DNA of 63,340 nucleotides, filler included, from Octopus bimaculoides (GCF_001194135.2; 6 parts of 6 records of this genome joined end to end with filler, not necessarily neighbours in it); one strand, 5' to 3'. Positions 12,571-26,834 are shown, counted from the whole stretch's first letter. Made by a program: numbers and translations. Notes: generated from the sequence alone by a model not told the origin.

Positions 12571-14445
12571 NNNNNNNNNNTATATATATATATACACACA
12601 CACATATATATATATATGTATGTATATATATATATATATATGTATATATAAATATATATATACATACACATATATATATGTATATATATATACATACACA
12701 CACACACACACACACACACAGAATATTAGGCTTCAGGGTGTTGTTAATGTTGTTGCAGGTTGTAGTCGCTGGTGGTGGTCGTGGCCGTGGTGGGGCGTTC
12801 TGAGGTGTGGGGCTGGGGGAGAATGTTGATATTGTCGTCATTGTTGTTGTTGCTGTTGTTGTTGTGACGGTGGTGGTGGTGGTGGTGGAGGTAGTTGTAT
12901 TGTTGCTTTTCCTCCTGCATGTTTTATTGGTGATTGGGGGGTAGGTGTGCAGGAGAGGAGTGCAATGGCTGATCTAATGTTCATGTATCATTCAAATGCT
13001 TCAAGGAGGAAAGCCTACCACGGACATGTGTGTGTATATATACGTGTGTTTGTGTGGTGAGTGTATATATATATATATATATATATATAATGTATGTATG
13101 TAGAGAATAATAAATTTCTACTCTACCAAATGTATTGAGTAATCGTTCAGATTAATGTTAAATTGTTTTTAGTATAACATAAAAACAAATATATATTCAT
13201 GAATGTATATGCGTGTGTGTGTGTGTGTGTGTGTTTCTGCATCTTAGTTTAAATGATTGATATATTTGGCTTGTATTTTAATGGTAGACCTTACACGTAA
13301 CTCAGCTTAATATCGCCACCTTGGATGTGAGTGGTCCGTCTACCATGTACCCTTGTTAAATATCACAACGTTATTTTCAGATGCAACATGTACCCTAGTT
13401 AAACATCGCAACCTTATCATCGGGTGCACGTTTTTTTTTTTTCTTAGTGGAATTCACACTCCTGCAAATATTCAGACACGATCTCTCCTCTACCCTATTC
13501 TTCTCCCATACACCTTATATCCTGCTGATATTAATTCACAGATGTACATTCAAACTCGGCGTCTGCCTCATTAAACGCACCGTTCTTTGGATAACGTCTG
13601 CAAAAAATCAGGAACTTTCCTCTTCCTCTGGCTCCTATGAGTAACTTAGGAAAAGAAAAAAATAGTAATCAGGCAAAAAATTCCACCACCAAGCATATAT
13701 ACTTTCCGTCATTGCTTAATCATTTTCATTTGTAACAAGCAGACGACATCACTGCACAATCTTCCCAGCATTTTCCTCTCTGTTTCCTCTCCAACGGAAA
13801 CGGCTGAATTCTCGTCGGGTGTTGATTGCATGTAAACAATATTGTCTCTTTCCATTGAGGAATCCAATCTTGTAAACCATTTTCATTCATTCTTCATTTA
13901 TTATTCTTTAATAACAACATTTTAAAAACATTTCCAGAGTAGAAGCCGTCGGCCATGTAACAGCGATCAACTTTTCTTTTCTTTCTTTCTTTTTTTTTTT
14001 TTTGCATACATTAATTATCTTACTTTTCATTTCACATGCCACACTTCGGTTTTTTTTTAATGTTTTTGTCTCCCTCTATTTTTCTATCACCCCCATCTAT
14101 ATATATCTATAACGTTTGTGTGTATGTGAATATNNNNNNNNNNNNNNNNNNNNNNNNNNNNNNNNNNNNNNNNNNNNNNNNNNNNNNNNNNNNNNNNNNN
14201 NNNNNNNNNNNNNNNNNNNNNNNNNNNNNNNNNNNNNNNNNNNNNNNNNNNNNNNNNNNNNNNNNNNNNNNNNNNNNNNNNNNNNNNNNNNNNNNNNNNN
14301 NNNNNNNNNNNNNNNNNNNNNNTATATATATATAATGTTTGTATGTAAATATATATATATATATATGTATATATTATATACAAATGTGTGTGTGTGGTTA
14401 TGTCTATATATCCATTTGTGCATTTATGCGTAGATAAATATACAT

Positions 14446-14550
14446 GTGAAGGCTGGTGGCTTAATGGTTTAGGTATTCGGCTCAAAGTCGAGAGTTCAAT
14501 ACTTGGCGGCGTGTTCGGGCCTAGAGCAAAACTTTATTTCTCGTTATTTA
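14446..14550 (+). mobile_element. Decayed SINE family C head
   Basis: GTGAAGGCTGGTGGCTTAATGGTTTAGG A-box-like start, GAGTTCAATAC B-box-like. Confidence 0.5.
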
Positions 14551-14632
14551 CGAGCAAGCTGCTTTATTGATAGGATCTACTGGAACACTCATCGTCGCAA
14601 CCAACGGAGTACCATTGAAATAACATACGTGC

Positions 14633-14667
<35 letters not shown>

Positions 14668-14730
14668 NNNNNNNNNNATTTTGGGAAAGGCATAAATGTC
14701 ACAAAGTACCATTTTCACAAGTCACAGAAA

Positions 14731-15010
14731 GAGCGTCTCTACGTGGTCGCTTGATCTGCGAGAAACATCAGCCAGGTTTTCAAAGCACAATGTACGGATT
14801 TCATAAAGGTACGAGACGTATACTCAGGACAATTTTGTCTCGGATGCAAGACTGTTATATCGCTTAAAAGGTCGGGATGGTCACGGTTTGGCTGCCGTTG
14901 GTGATAGTTCTGCTCAATCAGACATGACCGATGGAGTAAAAATCATAGTCTACAGCAGCAGCAGCAACAACAACAACAACGACGACGACGACAACAACAA
15001 CAACAACAGT
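14731..15010 (+). mobile_element. Dispersed repeat family D with (CAG/AAC)n tail
   Basis: CTCTACGTGGTCGCTTGATCTGCGAGAAAC head, GGGATGGTCACGG...CTGCTCAATCAG end. Confidence 0.55.
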
Positions 15011-16524
15011 AGCAGCAGCAATAACAACAGTCTTTAGATCTTAGTTTCGTCGGCAAGAGATCAATACGACCGAACGTGACCCCATGAGAACGAAAACAAC
15101 AAAACTATGGATAAAATATCAAAATGTTTAATGCTTTGGCGGCGGCGGCGGTGGTGATGGTGATGGTGGTGATGGTGGTGGTGGTGATGGTGGTGNNNNN
15201 NNNNNNNNNNNNNNNNNNNNNNNNNNNNNNNNNNNNNNNNNNNNNNNNNNNNNNNNNNNNNNNNNNNNNNNNNNNNNNNNNNNNNNNNNNNNNNNNNNNN
15301 NNNNNNNNNNNNNNNNNNNNNNNNNNNNNNNNNNNNNNNNNNNNNNNNNNNNNNNNNNNNNNNNNNNNNNNNNNNNNNNNNNNNNNNNNNNNNNNNNNNN
15401 NNNNNNNNNNNNNNNNNNNNNNNNNNNNNNNNNNNNNNNNNNNNNNNNNNNNNNNNNNNNNNNNNNNNNNNNNNNNNNNNNNNNNNNNNNNNNNNNNNNN
15501 NNNNNNNNNNNNNNNNNNNNNNNNNNNNNNNNNNNNNNNNNNNNNNNNNNNNNNNNNNNNNNNNNNNNNNNNNNNNNNNNNNNNNNNNNNNNNNNNNNNN
15601 NNNNNNNNNNNNNNNNNNNTCCTTCAGAAGGGTTTGTAGCATCAAAAATTAGTTTCATTGGAGACCTTTAAAATGCTCCAGAGATTTGCTTTATAGGCAG
15701 CTTAAGTTACGGCCGAACCAAATTGACATTTTAACAGCCAAAATACTCGCACAACAGACATGGCCGACAGACGCAGCAAAGCGAGATTACTAAAAAATAT
15801 AACGAAAACACAAAACAGAAAAATAAAATGAAACCAGAACTTTGTTTACTCTGTTGTTGTTGTTGTTGTTGTTGTTATTTTTATTGTTTTTATTTTTGTT
15901 TGGGTTTTCTCTATAACGAAATAATGGTAAATTTTGATTTGAAACTGGTATAAGTTTTACCGAAAAACTATTTAAAGTTTCATCATGGAAGTCACATATG
16001 AGCCATTCAAAACCACATAAAGACTGTTTACTTCACTTTAATCATTTCCACTGCTGTGGAACCGTGGCCGTAGTGACCAGGTCGCAATTGGTGCGGAAAA
16101 GTTTTGGCATCAAATAACAAATTTTTAGTGAAATTAACAGTTTTTCTTTTGTGTGTTTTTTAATGGCAAAATACGTGTCTTCCAAGCTTTAGCTTCAAGT
16201 TTTAGCTTCAAAGTTTTAGCTTCAACACATGAACTCAGATCAAATCCTTGCCTGGAATATTTAAGATTTTGCCAAAAATTATCAAATTATCAAAAAACGA
16301 TAGTACGACAAACGACAAACAGGACAACAGCAAGTTACACGGATCGTTCGCACACGATTAGCTCATCAGCTCGAGTCCAGAATGTCCTTGTAGTTTCGCC
16401 CTCATCTTCCTGAACAGCCAACCTTCCATCTTAAATATCACCTTCATCATTACCATCAACTTTTACTTGTTAATTGTATTCAACGAACAGGTTTAATGCA
16501 TACATAAATATACAGACACACGTA

Positions 16525-16547
16525 CAGATAGATAGATAGATAGATAT

Positions 16548-16584
<37 letters not shown>

Positions 16585-16602
16585 CAGATAGATAGAAAAA
16601 TG

Positions 16603-16632
<30 letters not shown>
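16525..16632. repeat. (TAGA)n microsatellite
   Basis: Direct reading. Confidence 0.95.
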
Positions 16633-16633
<1 letters not shown>

Positions 16634-16999
16634 GTACACACATGCACACACACATACACACCCATACAGATACATAAATATGCGGAGGTTAGTGGTTAGA
16701 GAGCTGAACAGACACGCATACACCCATTTATATACAAAACACAACACAACAATTCCACATTCCCTATATTACACATTATGCAGTTTATTTAATATGATAT
16801 TCACCAAAATCCCGTTATAAGCTGCAGAGTGATTCGCCATGTTTTTAAACAAGAGATATAACCGAACTAACAACAATTTTTATGGAATCTACAACTTCCA
16901 CATGGTTAAACTGAAGCACCTGTCTCTTTTTCTATTTACCAGGAGTGTTTAGCACGAAACATCACTTTATTACCCAACATTAATGTCTAACATCATTTT

Positions 17000-17028
17000 T
17001 CCATTATTATTATAATCATTATTATTAC

Positions 17029-17061
<33 letters not shown>

Positions 17062-17072
17062 CATTATTATTA

Positions 17073-17112
<40 letters not shown>

Positions 17113-17117
17113 CATCA

Positions 17118-17166
<49 letters not shown>

Positions 17167-17228
17167 CATTATTATTATCGTTGTTCTTGTTATTGTTAAT
17201 ATTATTATTATTATTATTATTTTTTTTT

Positions 17229-17260
<32 letters not shown>

Positions 17261-17299
17261 TATTATTAGTAGTAGTAGTGGTGGTGGTGATGGTGATAA

Positions 17300-17352
<53 letters not shown>

Positions 17353-17700
17353 CAGCAACAGCAGTAGTTGTAGTAGTATTTTAATACTACCACCATTATT
17401 GCTATTATTATCCTATTATTTATTTATTTATTTATTATTATTCTCTTCCTCCTACTCCTCCTCTTCCTGCTCCCCTTCTCCTCCTCCTCCTCCTCCTCCT
17501 CCTCCTCCTCCTCCTAATAATAATAATAATAATGATAATAATAATAATAATAGCAACAACAACGACTACAATAATAAAAATCATAATTTTTATTGTTGCT
17601 ACTGTTGTTGTCACTATCTTCCTCCTCCTCCTCCTCCTCATCATCATCATCATCATCATCAGTAATACTGTTATGGTGATGTATTTCGGTTCGTTTATGT

Positions 17701-17765
<65 letters not shown>
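17000..17765. repeat. Compound (ATT)/(CAT)/(AGT)/(CCT)/(AAT)/(TC) microsatellite field
   Basis: Direct reading. Confidence 0.95.
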
Positions 17766-17767
<2 letters not shown>

Positions 17768-18623
17768 ATTTTCTCTGATGTTTTCTTTCACATTATTTTC
17801 TTCCATCGAACGCTGATGTAAATTGTACATTTAACACTTGTTTCAACGTTTTATTGTATTTTATTTTTATAGTTTTACTTCTTTTGTCATTAGTGTCTAT
17901 ATGCATGTAAGTATGTACATATGTATATAGGCGCACACACAGACACACACACACACAGACACACACACACACAGACACACACACACAGACACACACACAC
18001 ACACATATCTGTACTTGGGTGTGTATATGTGACGTAAATTAATGTGTGTGTGTGTGTGTGTACATATACGTATAATGCACACACCTATGTGCACTTGTAG
18101 ACACATGTGCAAATGCCTACTCGTATATGCATGTACCAACTCATGTATGTATATAAATATATTTATAATATACATACATATGCTGGTACATACAAAGGTG
18201 TGCACACACACACATACGCACACAGATATCATACACACACACATCCTCACATATACAAGTGCGTTTCATTGCGTGTTTTGTTGATTTTCGTTTTTTGTTC
18301 TACACTTTCAATAGTTAGTTTTCGCTGTTTTTGTTTTGCTTATATACACCTTGGTTAGGTTGTCGAGTGTGCGTGCGCGTCTGTGTATGCATGTGTGTGT
18401 GTGTGTACGTATGTATGTACGTGTGCATACACATACATATTCCTACTTTTCACCTACATTAAATTCATTTCCTGGTATTACTTAAAAAAAACATTGTTTC
18501 ACATTTCTCTAATCCATGGCTCGATAACTTCATCAGATATATGGACATTGTGCTCATTTTTTATACATCTATCCGTCTCTCTCTCCCCCCTCACACATCT
18601 TGTCTCCATCTGTCTGTCTGTCT

Positions 18624-18725
<102 letters not shown>

Positions 18726-19414
18726 ATCTATGTATATAGCATTTGTATATACAGGAAACAGCATAAGCTATATGTACAGTTATTAAAACATATGTCCATA
18801 AAAAACTCTTCCAGACTTTGAGATCGGAAAGATTCATAGGTTACGTACCCGATCATCAGTGCAGAAATAAAAACCTTGAAAGAGACTTAGGCTATTCCGA
18901 TGGGTGACAATTGTAGCTTTTCATTGACCGATATATTTTTATCTTCGTATGAATTTAGTTTTAATCATTTATACCGAAAGCAGTACCATTATCGAAATGA
19001 CGATGATATCCGTCAAGTATCTGAAGTGCGTGTTGACTGCTGAAACTACTATGAATATATATATATATATATATACATATATATACAAGAATAAGGGCAG
19101 GGAATCGTCAATTAATAATAGAATTAATAATTAACAATTTTGCCAAGTAGTTCAGTATTAAAAAACCTTTATCGGTAAAACCATTTATCATCATAAATAT
19201 ACAGGGATTAGCATTGAGTTGCTTCTCCAACACACTGAAAATTTAGAAATAGCAGTCAAAGAACTACTGATTCTAAACTACAAATTTTTCTCTAAACGGA
19301 TGGCGATATTTATGGCACACATAGAACAAAAACCGGAGGGAAAAGCGTAAACAAAACAAGTCTTTAGTTAATTGGATACGAATCGTTTCATGGTTAAGCG
19401 AATGNNNNNNNNNN

Positions 19415-19499
<85 letters not shown>

Positions 19500-19768
19500 A
19501 CTCGTATATACACATGTCAAAAATGTCTTTACACACGAATACATGCATTGCCAATTTGTTTTAGAATGCAAGAATATGTTGTGCATGTGTATTTTGTGTG
19601 TCTGTGTTTGTTTCTATGTATGAGTGCATGCAAAATCTGCTCAACAGCTGTAGGAGTATACACACACACATACACATGCACACACTCACACACACCCACA
19701 TATATATAAATATATATATAAATGTATATATATACATGTATGTATGTATACGCATACATTTACATGCG

Positions 19769-19839
<71 letters not shown>

Positions 19840-21822
19840 TTCTATGTAGATATGTAACCATACACACACGCGCGTGCACACGCACATACACACAAGCACA
19901 CGCACACACATACATATACACACGCACCTCCCTTTCTCTCTTATATCTACATTTATGTATGCACGGTCGTGTGTGTATAGGTGTGCGCGTGTGTGTCTGT
20001 TCGTGTGCGCGAGTGTGTTTATCAGCCCCTATTTACGGTGAAAGTTGCTGGGCTGATAACACGTTTATTTATAACAAAACTTATTAAACAGCCTCAGGCC
20101 ATACAAATACGATTCTCTCTCAAACTGTGTAGACGGGCATGTTATTGAACATGTACTTTAAATCTGGCTGCAGGAAATTTTTATTAACTTTGTTATATCA
20201 CCGAATACGGCGTATTTGGTTTCGGTTGTTCGTTATTCAAATTTTGGCAAACTGAATCTAAATTACGTCCACCCGGTTGATTGCTAATACCTTATTAAAC
20301 ACACTACCCGGCTGTTTCTTGTCCTAGTCACCCCTTGTCCTTCAACACACCCCTTGTCCTTCAACACACCCCTTTCAGAACTATTTAACATAGTGTCTGC
20401 CCCACGAGGATCCACCCGATATAACCGTTTTTCTTCCTAGCGGTGCTTCTATCTGTCTTCTCGCTACTGTCATACCCTATACTACACCCAATCATTCTTC
20501 CTCTGGTGCACTCCCGCCTACATTCTTTCCCAGCTTACGCGGTATGGATAATTTAAACTAGCTGTACTCAAATCTCGTAACCCAGACCCCCGATCAAATA
20601 CCGTCCAACCGTGACCATTCAGCCTCTTACCCGGGACTGCCTTATCCACACTTACAGAGTCTTAAAAACTTCGTTGTTATTTCCAGTAGGTCGCTACCTC
20701 CGTTTCTTCTTTTCCTGCATTTACCTCGAAGGTAAATACTAGCACAGTGCTAATTGGTGTCGCACCTCCTCCATTCTGTTACTCCTGACTTATTTATTCC
20801 CCTCTTCTAGCCTCCATACTGTGTCCTCTCCAGACCCCGAAAGTAACCGCTACTTCTTCCAAGATCTTCTGGATTCCCCTCCCTGGGGAATATTTTCCCT
20901 GCTTCCATCCGCTCGTAAATACTCAGAAGAAGTAGTAACCCCATCTAAACTGACCGCTGGTCCTGATGGGTCGACGGTGACCACAGACACGAGCCAATTC
21001 TCAGACGAAAATAAGTAAAAATAAATTCCTCTTAATTGCATATCAGATAATTGCATAATTCAGTTAACTTTTAAAAACAGCGTATAGTTTGGCGTAAAAA
21101 TTATATAAAATTACTCGGTTTATTGCATATGCAAATACAAACAGCTTTGGTTAATTGCATAACTCTTTTGCAATTCTTCTCATTTTGAGTTAAACTCTGA
21201 CAAAATGCTGCTTAAGATTAAATATCTAATTTAATACAAAACAAATCTAGGAGCTTCCATTTTCATGATGAGTTAAAACAAGAGAAGCCAGCAGTTCATG
21301 TTTACCAATAAATGGTTGCAAAAAAAACAAGAACAAAAAAAAAAAGAAATGCATTCGAATTATTTTTATCATCAATTAATGCCAACCATAGACCAAATTC
21401 CTGAGTAATTTCTATTTTATTTTTAATTGTGTAATAAAATTTCTCAATAAATAAATTTCCATTGCAGATAGACTTTGGAAGAAATTAGTTCTGCATCAAA
21501 CGGTCAATGAACCCAATTTTCTGGTTATTCCTCTTTAACGATTCTTTTAGTCTGAGATTGACCAAAGGACATTGCTATTATCTTCGAGTGTGAGACCCAC
21601 AGTCGAGTTTTAAGGGTCTGCTGAATCAGTTGGTTGGGGAATTAAAAGAGATCAAAAGTGATAAGTGAAAACGATTGTCATATTGATCTTTGCATATTAG
21701 CATATCACGTAACTGGACAACACACAGGCAAACACACATGTGTATACACACACATACATACAAGCAAATATACACACAAATGTACCTATATATATATTAC
21801 CCCTAACATTTACTTTACCTAC

Positions 21823-21860
<38 letters not shown>

Positions 21861-21904
21861 NNNNNNNNNNNNNNNNNNNNNNNNNNNNNNNNNNNNNNNN
21901 NNNN

Positions 21905-21916
21905 TTAATTAATTAA
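21905..21916. other. Artificial scaffold-join spacer TTAATTAATTAA inside a 100-bp gap
   Basis: 44 N + 12-mer with stop codons in all six frames + 44 N; identical construct occurs five times. Confidence 0.95.
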
Positions 21917-22671
21917 NNNNNNNNNNNNNNNNNNNNNNNNNNNNNNNNNNNNNNNNNNNNTATATGGAAAGGTAAAGCTTGAAGTAGATAAAGCTATAAA
22001 TAATAACGTGCAAATATTAGGTTAACAATTTGGATAGAAAAAGTCTAAAGCTGCTTGTGGGGTTTAAGCCCACAACTTCTGTAAACATGACCGATGTTTT
22101 ACCGTTGGATGAGAACAATATTTCGAAGTTCTCAACTCATTATAGAAACTTTATTGTTAACACGTGCAGCCTTCGACTTTTTCTCTACAATTTTTTTTTT
22201 GTTAAACACAAACCTTACACGTTATTATTTATAGCTTTATCTCCTTCGAGTTACAACCGCCCGCCACCAAGAAAAAGAATTATATCAGTTCGCTCAAAGT
22301 TTGTAAATTGTTATGGGGCCAACAATACATATATATATATATGTCTACACATACATACATGCATACATACATACATGCATATATATATATATATCAAACA
22401 TAGATTGAAAACAAAGCACAAAGGATATCGCGGTACACGTGTTTCAAGCTTTATAAACAATCTGTTATTACATCAGCATAGGTATATTATTGATATAAAA
22501 GATGGTTTAAAGTTCTCTTCAACCGCAAACATTGTTAGTCCAAAGATTACATCACAAAAGAAAAAGTACACATAGTATTACCCATTATAATAGATTTATC
22601 ACATCCCTTTAAAAAGGTATATTTGTATAAAGGTTCATTGGATTTCAATGATCTGCCCATATATATATATA

Positions 22672-22704
<33 letters not shown>

Positions 22705-23244
22705 NNNNNNNNNNNNNNNNNNNNNNNNNNNNNNNNNNNNNNNNNNNNNNNNNNNNNNNNNNNNNNNNNNNNNNNNNNNNNNNNNNNNNNNNNNNNNNNN
22801 NNNNNNNNNNNNNNNNNNNNNNNNNNNNNNNNNNNNNNNNNNNNNNNNNNNNNNNNNNNNNNNNNNNNNNNNNNNNNNNNNNNNNNNNNNNNNNNNNNNN
22901 NNNNNNNNNNNNNNNNNNNNNNNNNNNNNNNNNNNNNNNNNNNNNNNNNNNNNNNNNNNNNNNNNNNNNNNNNNNNNNNNNNNNNNNNNNNNNNNNNNNN
23001 NNNNNNNNNNNNNNNNNNNNNNNNNNNNNNNNNNNNNNNNNNNNNNNNNNNNNNNNNNNNNNNNNNNNNNNNNNNNNNNNNNNNNNNNNNNNNNNNNNNN
23101 NNNNNNNNNNNNNNNNNNNNNNNNNNNNNNNNNNNNNNNNNNNNNNNNNNNNNNNNNNNNNNNNNNNNNNNNNNNNNNNNNNNNNNNNNNNNNNNNNNNN
23201 NNNNNNNNNNNNNNNNNNNNNNNNNNNNNNNNNNNNNNNNNNNN

Positions 23245-23320
23245 ACCCTAACCCTAAAACCCTAACCCTAAAACCCTAACCCTAAAACCCGAACCCTAAC
23301 CCTAAAACCATAAACCCTTA
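23245..23320. repeat. Interstitial telomere-like repeat, 14-bp unit CCCTAA-CCCTAAAA
   Basis: Alternating TTAGGG and TTTTAGGG on the minus strand, decaying to the right; abuts a 540-bp gap. Confidence 0.85.
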
Positions 23321-24513
23321 CTAGGTAATAATGATATAATTAAACAGGGAATAACACACTTGACACCGAACAGTACTAACTGTATTCAGCTGAATAGACG
23401 TCAGTGATTAGTTGAAATTACAGAAATATGACAACTTTAACATAAAATAACTTGCGATGTACAATTTTTTGTTAAGAAGGTTAAGTGAAGAAGTTTTATA
23501 TTACACATTCTACCAGTGTCCCAAGTTTGAAAGTGTTTCGTTAAGAAAACAAGTGTTGCCCGTCAAATCACAAAGCTCCGAAGATGGTATTATCGGCTAC
23601 GTGAAGAGGATGTTCAGTGATATGAAATATTTTGACCAATTACATATGTTATTGTGTAGCAACAGTTATGTTCGGTGAGAAGTGAAATACTTCTCTGCTT
23701 GGCAAAATCAACAATCAAAAATGCACAGCAAATAACAATGGTAATACCCCATTAGGTTTTCCTTTCGAGAGAATTGCTAAATACAAGAGACACGACAGAA
23801 TGGAAAACGTTAACAACATTGAAATAGGAATACGATTTCTCCAGTATTTGGCGTGGGTAGATGAAAATATATATCGTATGATGGTACGTGTAACAAGGAT
23901 TGCATAATCAGGCAATATTAATTATATACATATGAGAAAAATATGGGCTTTAGAGTTCTTCGCAAAAAAAAAAAATTCTATCGTTCACAACGTGTTTGTT
24001 GTACTAGTTCTCTTAATCACATATGGGCTACTCGACTGGACGCTAGAAGGAGTTAGGATAATTGATAGTCTTCAAAATAACTGAATGCAAGAATCGATGC
24101 AAACACTATGAAATTAACACCAAATATGTTCAAAAATGTTAACACAATAAATATTATTGACGGAAGCACTATTAGTACCAAAAGGCAATATTTATATCCA
24201 ACTTAATGTAGATGTCTTGTTACAACGTCGAACACTGTCTGGCGCCCATAATAGACGATTCTTGTCTACTATGATATGTCTGTGTTTTTATGTACCATAC
24301 GTCTATATGAGAGGACATATCAAGGCAAATACTGTAGTCATCGCAATATTATCTGTTTATGAGGTATAATTTCGTGGTTAAAATATTATACAATGCAATC
24401 CGCAGAAAGGATAATTCTGATGATAAAATTATCAGAAGATATAATGATAATGAGGGCATACTCACTCGGAATATAAAATATTGTTCCTGTCAAAACGCCT
24501 GTAAATAGTCGCA

Positions 24514-24558
<45 letters not shown>

Positions 24559-25412
24559 CTAGTTTTTTTCATTCGCAAAATATGCATTTTTTAAAAAACA
24601 GTAAAAAAATCTGAAAATCGGCTATAATAATGTAGCCTTCCAGTCTCGTTGCTTTGAAGGTTTGATGTTGTGCAGAAAAAAATTGGAGATAGAAGTTACA
24701 GAGGTTTAAAAATCGAAAAAATTGTATATTCTTAGCCAATAGCGAGACAGAAATTTTCTGCGTTTAGCGGAGCGCTGTCAACTTTAAGATTGTACCCTGT
24801 GAAATTTAGAGTTTAGCATCTGACCTGGTCATTGTAGGTTTCTAAATAAACAGAAATACTTAATAAAATCAACATATATCATTTTACTGTTTATTTTGTC
24901 TCTTCATTGATTGCGTGTTTACTTTATGTGTATTTCAGTATCATGACTACCTGTAATGTATTTGTGTACATCATTAATATATAAATGCATGTGTGTGGGT
25001 GTGAAAAGGGGGGCGTCTGTCTCAAAAACTTCAAAGTTGAGTAAAGTTTTCATGCTTGGATTTGTAAACAACGGTAAGAATAACACTGGTCAACAAAGAA
25101 TTTGTCCGAAGAAAAGGAATACCTGTAACTTATATGTTTTTGCAAAATGTTCTTAATTAGTAACGCACCTTTTATTATTAATGCTGAATTACTGATTATA
25201 TTTACACTAATTAATGTTGGGAGAAATCACCTTAATTTGCAATAAAAATACTTTTAAAAAAATGAAGTTTATAAGAAAGTTAAGAACCCAAATGTTGAAA
25301 AAGTCAATATTATGTTAGNNNNNNNNNNNNNNNNNNNNNNNNNNNNNNNNNNNNNNNNNNNNNNNNNNNNNNNNNNNNNNNNNNNNNNNNNNNNNNNNNN
25401 NNNNNNNNNNNN

Positions 25413-25465
<53 letters not shown>

Positions 25466-25676
25466 GTAATTGGTTGAACGTAATCAAAATTCAAAGTTGC
25501 ATCGATACACCAAAATTGAAAGCGATCTGAGCAAAATCAAGGGAGGCTGATTTTGCGAAAGCGAAAGACTAAGATCCATGCATGTATGTATGTATGTATG
25601 TATGTATGTATGTATGTATGTATGTATGTATGTATGTGTGTGTGTATGCTTGTATGTATGTCTGTATGTATGTATA

Positions 25677-25723
<47 letters not shown>

Positions 25724-26772
25724 ATGTGATTGTGTATGTGTTTGAACATTTTTCTTTAAGATTTAAATTCTTTTTACGAAATTCACGGTNNNNNNNNNNN
25801 NNNNNNNNNNNNNNNNNNNNNNNNNNNNNNNNNNNNNNNNNNNNNNNNNNNNNNNNNNNNNNNNNNNNNNNNNNNNNNNNNNNNNNNNNNNNNNNNNNNN
25901 NNNNNNNNNNNNNNNNNNNNNNNNNNNNNNNNNNNNNNNNNNNNNNNNNNNNNNNNNNNNNNNNNNNNNNNNNNNNNNNNNNNNNNNNNNNNNNNNNNNN
26001 NNNNNNNNNNNNNNNNNNNNNNNNNNNNNNNNNNNNNNNNNNNNNNNNNNNNNNNNNNNNNNNNNNNNNNNNNNNNNNNNNNNNNNNNNNNNNNNNNNNN
26101 NNNNNNNNNNNNNNNNNNNNNNNNNNNNNNNNNNNNNNNNNNNNNNNNNNNNNNNNNNNNNNNNNNNNNNNNNNNNNNNNNNNNNNNNNNNNNNNNNNNN
26201 NNNNNNNNNNNNNNNNNNNNNNNNNNNNNNNNNNNNNNNNNNNNNNNNNNNNNNNNNNNNNNNNNNNNNNNNNNNNNNNNNNNNNNNNNNNNNNNNNNNN
26301 NNNNNNNNNNNNNNNNNNNNNNNNNNNNNNNNNNNNNNNNNNNNNNNNNNNNNNNNNNNNNNNNNNNNNNNNNNNNNNNNNNNNNNNNNNNNNNNNNNNN
26401 NNNNNNNNNNNNNNNNNNNNNNNNNNNNNNNNNNNNNNNNNNNNNNNNNNNNNNNNNNNNNNNNNNNNNNNNNNNNNNNNNNNNNNNNNNNNNNNNNNNN
26501 NNNNNNNNNNNNNNNNNNNNNNNNNNNNNNNNNNNNNNNNNNNNNNNNNNNNNNNNNNNNNNNNNNNNNNNNNNNNNNNNNNNNNNNNNNNNNNNNNNNN
26601 NNNNNNNNNNNNNNNNNNNNNNNNNNNNNNNNNNNNNNNNNNNNNNNNNNNNNNNNNNNNNNNNNNNNNNNNNNNNNNNNNNNNNNNNNNNNNNNNNNNN
26701 NNNNNNNNNNNNNNNNNNNNNNNNNNNNNNNNNNNNNNNNNNNNNNNNNNNNNNNNNNNNNNNNNATATATA

Positions 26773-26820
<48 letters not shown>

Positions 26821-26834
26821 TAATATATATATAT

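Noticed and set aside
16340-16430. Minus-strand MEGWLFRKMRAKLQG, resembling a PH-domain start
   Set aside because: Stop after 23 codons and no convincing splice donor
22049-22115. tRNA-like minus-strand segment with GTGGG-CTTAAAC-CCCAC T arm
   Set aside because: B box degenerate, no acceptor or anticodon stem; at best a decayed tRNA-derived fragment
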